This document shows, piece after piece, positions 57,451 through 64,000 of a DNA stretch of 64,000 nt; the first letter of the stretch is position 1; each line of letters begins with the position of its first letter. The stretch is taken from contig NZ_JBLWYR010000013.1 in assembly GCF_048266885.1 (NCBI RefSeq), positions 6,783-70,782 on the forward strand. The letters are read 5' to 3'. The notes under the pieces are model-generated. The model was not told where the DNA came from and ran no database searches. It saw nothing but the letters and a program-made list of their open reading frames with translations. Made by a program: the position numbers and the translations under genes. The DNA comes from Methylophaga sp. GTDB taxonomy: Bacteria; Pseudomonadota; Gammaproteobacteria; Nitrosococcales; Methylophagaceae.

Positions 57451-58410
57451 ATGAAAACATTATTATTAATTGCTGAACATCGTCGTGGCGAATTGAGACC
57501 TATCTCGCTGGAACTGATTACCGCTGCACAGGAGCTACGCCACGGCGATGACAAGGTCATTGTGGCAGTTATTGGTGAACAGGCTGAAAACTATGTTTCG
57601 GATCTCTCGGTTGCTGGAGTGGATGAAATTATCAGTGTCAAAACGGCCAGTGTTGAGTTTGATCCGGATATCTTTGAAGCTGCAGTCACGTCGCTGATGG
57701 AAAAGCTGGATCCGGAAGTGGTGCTGTTACCACATACCGTTGATTCACTCGGCTACGCTGCTACGCTGGCACGCAAAGGTAATTATGGTTTTGCTACTGA
57801 TGTATACGGCCTGCAATACGACGGAGATGATCTGGTGGCGACCCGTTCCGGCTATGACCAAAAGGTCAATGTTGAACTCGATTTTCCGGGCAAGCAATGT
57901 GTGCTGTTAACCATTCGTCCAAGTGTGTTCAAAACGCCGGAAGACAGTGCATCACCCACGGTTTCAACTGAAGATATGAGCAGTCTCGAATCACGTAGTA
58001 CGAATCTTCAATTTGTTGAAGCAGGTGGGGCCGATGATATTGATATCACCACGGTCGATTTCATTATGTCGATAGGTCGGGGTATTGCTGAAGAAGCTAA
58101 TGTGGAACAGTTCCGCGAGCTGGCTGAGATGGCAGATGCAACCTTGTGTTGCTCACGGCCAATTGCCGACTCCGGCTGGTTGCCAAAATCTCGGCAGGTG
58201 GGTCAGTCAGGCAAGGTGGTTGGATCCTGCAAACTGTATGTGGCGATGGGGATTTCTGGATCGATACAGCATATGGCAGGCATGAAACATGTTCCGACAA
58301 TTGTGGCTGTTAACAGTGATCCAGGTGCTTCCATTTTTACAATCGCCAAATACGGCATTGTCGGAGATATTTTCGAGATTGAAGAAGAGTTACGTAGCCA
58401 TTTTGAATAG
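57451..58410 (+). CDS. etfA: Electron transfer flavoprotein alpha subunit
   Basis: 319 aa. The C-terminal FAD-binding signature is SRPIADSGWLPKSRQVGQSGKVV...LYVAMGISGSIQHMAGM. Confidence 0.9.
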   Translation: MKTLLLIAEHRRGELRPISLELITAAQELRHGDDKVIVAVIGEQAENYVSDLSVAGVDEIISVKTASVEFDPDIFEAAVTSLMEKLDPEVVLLPHTVDSLGYAATLARKGNYGFATDVYGLQYDGDDLVATRSGYDQKVNVELDFPGKQCVLLTIRPSVFKTPEDSASPTVSTEDMSSLESRSTNLQFVEAGGADDIDITTVDFIMSIGRGIAEEANVEQFRELAEMADATLCCSRPIADSGWLPKSRQVGQSGKVVGSCKLYVAMGISGSIQHMAGMKHVPTIVAVNSDPGASIFTIAKYGIVGDIFEIEEELRSHFE

Positions 58411-58567
58411 GCTGGGGGGGACTGTTGATTTTTCCTAACCTCCAGCAATAGTGGCTTTGAAACATCAACAGATCCTGATTAATTCGCGGGCTGGCGGGGG
58501 GAACTGGCAGTGTCTGTCTTGACAGACATCCCCGTTGGTTTCGTGATCTATGTGAAGGAAAAGCGGC

Positions 58568-59062
58568 ATGGCAGATGATCTAAAAGTGTCAGCAACAAAA
58601 GCTGGGCTGAATGGCAAAGGTCTACGGATCGGAATTGTTCAGTCACGCTTTAATCCGGCCATTGGCAGCGCGTTAGTCAGTGGTTGTATCGATGAACTGA
58701 ATCGAGCGGCAGTGGCTAGCAACGATATTGTGTTGTTTACCGTGCCAGGCGCGCTGGAAATATCATTGGTTTTATCAGAACTTTCTGAAAGCGGAAGTTT
58801 TGATGGTTTGGTAGCGTTGGGCTGTGTGATTCGCGGTGAAACCTATCATTTCGAGGTGGTATGTAATGAGTCGGCTCGGGCGATTACGGAAATACAACAG
58901 CATTATCGCATTCCTATTGCTAATGCCATTCTGACCACTGAAAACGAAGAACAAGCAAGTAGTCGGGCCCGAATCAAAGGCAAGGAGGCTGCTCAAGTTG
59001 TACTGGAAATGATTCAAATTATGCAACGGTTGCAGTCTATTCCAAACACACTGTCTGCTTAG
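58568..59062 (+). CDS. ribH: 6,7-dimethyl-8-ribityllumazine synthase
   Basis: 164 aa. LRIGIVQSRFNPAIGSAL..., TVPGALEI and LGCVIRGETYHFEVVCNE are canonical for RibH. Confidence 0.85.
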   Translation: MADDLKVSATKAGLNGKGLRIGIVQSRFNPAIGSALVSGCIDELNRAAVASNDIVLFTVPGALEISLVLSELSESGSFDGLVALGCVIRGETYHFEVVCNESARAITEIQQHYRIPIANAILTTENEEQASSRARIKGKEAAQVVLEMIQIMQRLQSIPNTLSA

Positions 59063-59175
59063 TTTATAACCCGAAACAGTTAACGATCTTCTGACTACGT
59101 GTTGTCCACACCTTCCTTATGGGTATTTACTCCATTGGGAGTACGCCATCTTGGGAATTTTCCGGCAGTTGCTGC

Positions 59176-59191
59176 TGGGCTATGGTTTGCA
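59176..59191 (+). promoter_or_regulatory. Candidate sigma-54 (-24/-12) promoter upstream of dmmD
   Basis: TGGGCTATGGTTTGCA has GG and GC with the exact consensus spacing (TGGCACG-N4-TTGCW) and a TTGCA -12 box. It lies 35 nt upstream of ATG 59226, which has its own GGAGA SD. Confidence 0.4.
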
Positions 59192-59225
59192 TTAGCCATA
59201 AATTTTAATGACTGTGGAGATCATA

Positions 59226-60341
59226 ATGCTTAGAAATTCAATTCTGAATGTACGTCATAAGGAACTCGGTTCGTTACTGAATGGGGATACCTGGAACAAT
59301 ATGCCAATTCCCTGGAGCTATAAATCGGATGCTGATGAGGAAGTGATTGCGGTACGTACCCGGGCAGGCCTTTATGACGTATCTGCTTTGAATATTCTGA
59401 ATGTGAGTGGTCCTGATGCAATGGCAGTTGTCGACCAGCTGGTCACCATTGATGTGACCACAATGGAGCCAGGTACGTCCAGGCTGGCAGCTGAAGTGGA
59501 TGAAAACGGTGCTTTATGTGACGACATTATGGTGATTTGTGATGCGCCGAATCAATTTCGTCTATCGCACGGCAGTGGCGCCACACCACAGCAACTGGAA
59601 AAGATCTCCGAGGGAAAAAATGTTCAGATAGCAGCGGACCTAGATGTACATATCCTGTCATTGCAGGGTCCTAAATCACTTGAAGTACTGAATCCGCATT
59701 TGGACTTTGATTTGGAAACGCTGCCTTATTTCCGTCATGTCGACGCGAAACTATTTGGCAGTGCTATCAAAATTGCTCGTGGCGGTTATTCAGGTGAGCG
59801 TGGCTATGAAGTTTACTGTAGTGCTGATGATGCCATTCATCTGTGGGACATGATTCTAGAAAAAGGCCAGCCATTTGGTGTGATTGCCGCTTCCTGGGAT
59901 TCGCTTGATCTCACCCGTGTAGAGGCAGGTCTGCTGTTTTTCCCTTATGAAATGCCTGAGGGCGATACCACTCCCTGGGAAGTCAATATGGGCTGGGGGA
60001 TCGATCTGGATAAACCCGGTGATTATATCGGCAAGGCTGCGGTTCTTGCTTCAAAAGGCAAAGAACGCTTCAAGCAGGCCGGCATTATTTGTATGACTGC
60101 TGAAGCCGTTGAACCCGGTTCCCGCATTACCTATAACGGCAAAGATATTGGTGTAGTGACTAGCTCAAGTTACAGCAATTATCTGATGCAATCTCTGGCA
60201 CTGGTTCATTTGCACCCAGATCATCTGGCGATTGGAACTCAAGTCATGGTGGAAGGCAATCAGCCGGTCAAAGCCTATGTAGCCAAAATGCCATTTTATG
60301 ACCCGATGCGCCTGCGTACTCATCCGGAACAACAAAAGTAA
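59226..60341 (+). CDS. dmmD: Dimethylamine monooxygenase subunit DmmD (GcvT-like tetrahydrofolate-binding protein)
   Basis: It has an aminomethyltransferase fold (AGLYDVSALNILNVSGPDAMAVVDQL..., ARGGYSGERGYEVYC). It is the first gene of a 4-gene set matching dmmDABC / the HODM delta subunit. ATG 59226 is preferred to 59208 because GGAGA lies 5 nt upstream. Confidence 0.8.
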   Translation: MLRNSILNVRHKELGSLLNGDTWNNMPIPWSYKSDADEEVIAVRTRAGLYDVSALNILNVSGPDAMAVVDQLVTIDVTTMEPGTSRLAAEVDENGALCDDIMVICDAPNQFRLSHGSGATPQQLEKISEGKNVQIAADLDVHILSLQGPKSLEVLNPHLDFDLETLPYFRHVDAKLFGSAIKIARGGYSGERGYEVYCSADDAIHLWDMILEKGQPFGVIAASWDSLDLTRVEAGLLFFPYEMPEGDTTPWEVNMGWGIDLDKPGDYIGKAAVLASKGKERFKQAGIICMTAEAVEPGSRITYNGKDIGVVTSSSYSNYLMQSLALVHLHPDHLAIGTQVMVEGNQPVKAYVAKMPFYDPMRLRTHPEQQK

Positions 60342-60405
60342 ATAGTCTGCCGAGCGAAGGTCAGGGATCCGATCTCGTTCCACCAGATTTAATGAGGAAA
60401 TCATT

Positions 60406-61008
60406 ATGCAAAGAGGTTACTGGATAAGAAGCAAACCACTTTACGACTCACTGGTATGGCAAACCCCAGCGGTTGCACATTTGGTGATTGCTGGGGGGGA
60501 AGGTGGTATTGCTGTTCTTAAGTTATTTCAGCAAATGTACCCCAAAGACCCTATTCAGGTGCTTTACGCAGATTTACCAACGGCTGATAAAAATTATTCA
60601 GACATTCTGCAGCAAATAGTACCCGAGGAACTTGAGTTATCTGATTCAGAAGAAAGCTTGTTGAATCAGCTTGAGCAGCGTCTGAAAAACTGCACGATGG
60701 GAACCCATTTTTATGTAGCGGGAAGCGAGGCTTTTATGTGGCAAGTGCTGCAGAAAACCCGTGCTGCAGGTGTTCAGGATGTCGATGTGCAGAAAGAATT
60801 GTGCGGCACGCTGGCAAGACCGGTGTATTGCGTGCATTGCAAAACCATTACCCGTGATGTTCATCACAATGTTTTCGCTTGTAGCCACTGTGGTCGGCAT
60901 TTGTTCGTCCGCGACCATTTTTCCCGGCGTCTTGGAGCCTATATGGGGGTGATGGTGGATGCAGAACAGCCTGGCAACATTCCGCAGATTGAAGAGGTTT
61001 ATCCATGA
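60406..61008 (+). CDS. dmmA: Dimethylamine monooxygenase subunit DmmA (small Cys4 subunit, HODM gamma-like)
   Basis: 200 aa. The C-terminal four-Cys motif is CVHCKTITRDVHHNVFACSHCG. The position and size match dmmA. Confidence 0.7.
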   Translation: MQRGYWIRSKPLYDSLVWQTPAVAHLVIAGGEGGIAVLKLFQQMYPKDPIQVLYADLPTADKNYSDILQQIVPEELELSDSEESLLNQLEQRLKNCTMGTHFYVAGSEAFMWQVLQKTRAAGVQDVDVQKELCGTLARPVYCVHCKTITRDVHHNVFACSHCGRHLFVRDHFSRRLGAYMGVMVDAEQPGNIPQIEEVYP

Positions 61009-61958
61009 GTATCCTTAACGTAAGAGTGGCCGATGTCGAACAGGTCACTGATGTGGTGAAACATTTCACGCTGGTTCAAGAAAATGGTCAGCCATTGCCG
61101 AGGTTTTCCGGTGGTAGCCATGTGGTGGTGTCGATGAATATTAATGGTCGTATTCATCGTAATCCCTATTCACTGATGGGCTCACCGGAAAACACTGATA
61201 GCTATCATATTTCAGTTCGCCGACAAGAGAAATCACGTGGTGGTTCGGTATTTATGCATGATGGTGTAACGGTGGGAACCGAATTACAGATAACTTACCC
61301 AGTCAATCTATTCAGTCTTTCCAAGTTAGGCAAAAAACACATTTTGGTTGCTGGTGGTATTGGTATTACGCCTTTTATGTCGCAGATCGCCGATTTGAAC
61401 CGGCTTGGTGATGACTACGAAATGCATTACGCCTTTCGTTCAGCGGAACATGGTGCTTTTGTTGATCAACTGCAACAAATGTGTGGTGATCGACTGCATC
61501 TTCACATTGAAAGTGAAGGTCAGCGAATTAATTTCCATAAGCTTCTATCCAACCAACCTCTTGGTACTCATATCTATGTTTGCGGTCCGGAACCGATGGT
61601 CAATGCATTATTACTGACGGCCAAAGATCTGGGCTGGCCCAAAACCCATGTACATAGTGAGCAGTTCTTGGCGCCGCCTATCGGTGACTCATTTAAGGTG
61701 CAACTGGCCAAGTCCAATATGGAAATTGAGATTCCAGGTGATATGAGCATGCTCGAAGCAATGGAAGAAGCTGGTCTGGAACCTGATTTTCTCTGCCGTG
61801 GCGGTGCATGTGGGCGCTGTGAAGTAGAAGTTCTGGAGTGTGATGGTGCACTGATGCATAACGATCATTACCTGTCCGATGCCGAGAAAGCATCTGGCAA
61901 CAAAATCATGCCCTGCGTATCCAGGGCCCGCTGTCAGAAATTATTACTCAATATCTGA
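61005..61958 (+). CDS. dmmB: Dimethylamine monooxygenase reductase subunit DmmB (PDR-type FMN/NAD(P)H reductase with 2Fe-2S ferredoxin domain)
   Basis: 317 aa. RFSGGSHVVV is the flavin domain and ILVAGGIGITPF is the NAD domain. The C-terminal plant-type cluster motif is CRGGACGRCEVEV...PC. ATGA overlap with dmmA. Confidence 0.8.
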   Translation: MSILNVRVADVEQVTDVVKHFTLVQENGQPLPRFSGGSHVVVSMNINGRIHRNPYSLMGSPENTDSYHISVRRQEKSRGGSVFMHDGVTVGTELQITYPVNLFSLSKLGKKHILVAGGIGITPFMSQIADLNRLGDDYEMHYAFRSAEHGAFVDQLQQMCGDRLHLHIESEGQRINFHKLLSNQPLGTHIYVCGPEPMVNALLLTAKDLGWPKTHVHSEQFLAPPIGDSFKVQLAKSNMEIEIPGDMSMLEAMEEAGLEPDFLCRGGACGRCEVEVLECDGALMHNDHYLSDAEKASGNKIMPCVSRARCQKLLLNI

Positions 61959-61967
61959 GGACGTCTT

Positions 61968-63011
61968 ATGAATACTCCAGCCTTTAAAAAAGAAACTTTC
62001 CGTGACGATTACACTTTCCGTAATTCACCTGAGGCAATACGGCGTTTCCCATTTCCGTTTGCCGAAGATGAATACATGTATAGCGTCAATATCGAGCAGC
62101 ATGTATCAACTAACCCGGGTTCAGTTTTCGAATATGCAATCGATATTGATGAGCATTACATCGCTGAATGTGAGGATCGACGTCTGACTCTTGAACGCGA
62201 TCCTACGCGTTATATTGCTTTGCCACACATGATGGACGCTCAATGGGACATGGTCGAACTGATCATGGATTCATTGTCGACGGATTATCCTCAATGGTTT
62301 GAACTGACCAAAAACGGCAATGAATGGCACTGGATTAACAAACCACTGGAAATTGATCAGACATTTACTTTTGGTGATACCAGTACATTGCCAATGGAGC
62401 CGTTTGAATACATCACCCGTCAAGTCCAGGGTGACTGGATCATCATGGATCATCGCGACGATGACTTGTTTGCCGATATGGGTATGGTCACCAGTCAGGC
62501 TGACTGGTCAATCGCTTTTGATGCCGGTATGTCTTTCAAAGAATGGCATGGCCCTGTTCCACAAGCGAATGAAATCGGCATTTTTGACCGGGCACTGAAA
62601 TATTTGCTGCATCTGCAATATGGCAGTCCGGTACGTCGGCTTAACTGGACGATGACGGTGAATCCGCGTCTTGATACCTCTCCCGAAGAGTTTCCATTGT
62701 GGGGACCAGATAACGCTTCTGTCACTCCGGAAAACGTAGGAGAGAAAGTGTACCTTCGTGTAGAACTACAGGCGTTATTTCGTCTGCCACGTAGTAATGC
62801 GATTGCCTTCAGCGTGCGTGGTTATCTTATCAGCCTCGATGAATTGATCACTTATCCAAAATGGGCAAAACGCCTACGTCGGGTGCTGACTAATCTGCAT
62901 CCTGATCTCTCGGAATATAAGGGGCTGGATCTTTATCGACAAACCGTTATCGATTGGTTGGAACCATTAGAAGACGGAGCCGAACTGGGATTGGGTACCC
63001 AGCCGGAATAA
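61968..63011 (+). CDS. dmmC: Dimethylamine monooxygenase catalytic subunit DmmC (DUF3445, heme-dependent oxidative N-demethylase alpha-like)
   Basis: 347 aa. Size, position after the PDR-type reductase, and segments such as GDWIIMDHRDDDLFADMGMVTSQADWS fit the DUF3445/HODM family as I recall it. Confidence 0.75.
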   Translation: MNTPAFKKETFRDDYTFRNSPEAIRRFPFPFAEDEYMYSVNIEQHVSTNPGSVFEYAIDIDEHYIAECEDRRLTLERDPTRYIALPHMMDAQWDMVELIMDSLSTDYPQWFELTKNGNEWHWINKPLEIDQTFTFGDTSTLPMEPFEYITRQVQGDWIIMDHRDDDLFADMGMVTSQADWSIAFDAGMSFKEWHGPVPQANEIGIFDRALKYLLHLQYGSPVRRLNWTMTVNPRLDTSPEEFPLWGPDNASVTPENVGEKVYLRVELQALFRLPRSNAIAFSVRGYLISLDELITYPKWAKRLRRVLTNLHPDLSEYKGLDLYRQTVIDWLEPLEDGAELGLGTQPE

Positions 63012-63052
63012 ATTTCCTTTCAAAGAATATGGGCTTTTGTCCATAGCACTGG

Positions 63053-63076
63053 CCGCTGGCTAATGCCGGCCAGCGG
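63053..63076 (+). other. GC-rich hairpin between dmmC and the TorF-like gene
   Basis: ccgctggc (63053-63060) / gccagcgg (63069-63076) with an 8-nt loop. No clear T-run follows, so it could be an attenuator or an RNA stability element. Confidence 0.35.
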
Positions 63077-63112
63077 TACGCATTACCTTTCAAAACCCAG
63101 AAGGAAACAAAA

Positions 63113-63898
63113 ATGAAAATGAGAAATATGGTGGTATCCGGGTTGGCCGGGATGAGCTTAATGACGAGCGCATCAGTATTTGCCGAAACAACCTCGCCAC
63201 ACACTTTCAGTGCCAATGTCGGTCTGTTCAGTCAGTACGTTTTTCGTGGTATTACCTACTCTAATGAGGATGTTGCTCTGCAGGGTGGTTTTGATTATGC
63301 CCATGAAAGTGGCTGGTATGCAGGGATCTGGGGCACGAATCTAGAAGAAGGCGATAACGCTGGCAATAGTGTTGAAGTGGACCTTTACGGTGGTTATTTC
63401 CATCAGTTCACTGAGGATTTTGCAGTCGATGTCGGTTTACTTCAATTTTATTATCCTGACCGTGAAAAATATAACGGTGAAGACTTTGATACAACGGAAG
63501 CTTATGCCGCTGCTACCTGGAAATGGTTTACCGCCAAATACAGTCGTACACTGACTGATTGGGGTGGCATTAATAACAAGTCTGCCGGCATTGATGGTTA
63601 TGCAAATGGCGATTCAAAAGGCACCCAGTATTTCGAGCTCAATTTTGATTATGGTTTGCCGATGGATATTAATCTACATCTGCATGTAGGTCGGCTGGAG
63701 GCTGAAAACTATGATGAATTCAACTATACCGACTATATGATCGGCTTGAACAAAGACTTTTCCATCGCTAATTCAGATGGTTGGAATGCGGGTATTAATT
63801 ACACGGATACCAATGCTGATAAAGACTGGTGGACCGGTGTAGATGGCGATAACCGCGGCGATAGTCAGTTCATTGCTTATATCATGCGTAGTTTCTAA
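63113..63898 (+). CDS. TorF-family outer-membrane beta-barrel protein (putative porin)
   Basis: 261 aa. Signal peptide (GLAGMSLMTSASVFA), then FSANVGLFSQYVFRGITYSNEDVALQGGFDYAHESGWYAGIWGTN, the hallmark start of the TorF/TIGR02001 family. The C-terminal residue is aromatic (..MRSF). Confidence 0.75.
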   Translation: MKMRNMVVSGLAGMSLMTSASVFAETTSPHTFSANVGLFSQYVFRGITYSNEDVALQGGFDYAHESGWYAGIWGTNLEEGDNAGNSVEVDLYGGYFHQFTEDFAVDVGLLQFYYPDREKYNGEDFDTTEAYAAATWKWFTAKYSRTLTDWGGINNKSAGIDGYANGDSKGTQYFELNFDYGLPMDINLHLHVGRLEAENYDEFNYTDYMIGLNKDFSIANSDGWNAGINYTDTNADKDWWTGVDGDNRGDSQFIAYIMRSF

Positions 63899-63923
63899 TT
63901 GGTGGCATAAGTGTCGATATACC

Positions 63924-63958
63924 AAAGCACCCCGTAATAAGGGGTGCTTTATTTTATT
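63924..63958 (+). terminator. Rho-independent terminator
   Basis: A 10-bp stem, aaagcacccc (63924-63933) / ggggtgcttt (63941-63950), with a 7-nt loop, followed by attttatt. Confidence 0.7.
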
Positions 63959-64000
63959 CTGACCTATTTTCATGCATTTCACGTAAGCCAAAATCAAGTT

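Overview
This is a bacterial chromosomal window that looks like a marine methylotrophic gammaproteobacterium (inferred from gene content only). I found no rRNA, tRNA, CRISPR array, transposase, integrase or phage gene. It falls into three blocks. (A) nt 1-23,140 is an exosortase-linked exopolysaccharide (EPS) locus. It holds a 5'-truncated pyruvyl transferase, several GT1/GT2/GT4 glycosyltransferases, a Wzx-like flippase and a Wzy/O-antigen-ligase-like protein. It also holds two tandem hexapeptide acetyltransferases, a GMC flavoprotein with a Tat-signal small subunit, and a GT-C / HAD-UbiA / ArnE-like / GT2 lipid-carrier module. The block ends with a WecB/TagA-STAS fusion, an exosortase-EpsI fusion and a PrsT-like TPR lipoprotein. 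The first ~8.7 kb is visibly more AT-rich than the rest. (B) nt 23,150-28,650 carries cytochrome b561, a LysR regulator divergent from a two-subunit pyruvate carboxylase (pycAB), and a truncated globin. (C) nt 28,640-63,960 is a dense methylated-amine catabolic island. It encodes an XRE-cupin regulator, the N-methylglutamate pathway (mgdABCD-gmaS-mgsABC) and three APC-family permeases, one of them preceded by three ATGA-coupled small membrane proteins. It also encodes a structured leader followed by folE2, ribB (with a dead GTP cyclohydrolase II domain) and a membrane transporter. Then come trimethylamine dehydrogenase (tmd), an EtfD-like membrane Fe-S protein, an LRV/HEAT-like repeat protein, etfBA, ribH, dimethylamine monooxygenase dmmDABC and a TorF-family outer-membrane protein. 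The enzymes themselves belong to known families. The under-described parts are the accessory genes wired into them: the EtfD-like/LRV pair between tmd and etfBA, the small-membrane-protein/permease operon, the island-embedded pterin/flavin supply operon with a candidate riboswitch-like leader, and the periplasmic polyprenyl-phosphate sugar modification module in the EPS locus. All calls come from reading the translated ORFs and the DNA by eye. No database search or folding program was run.
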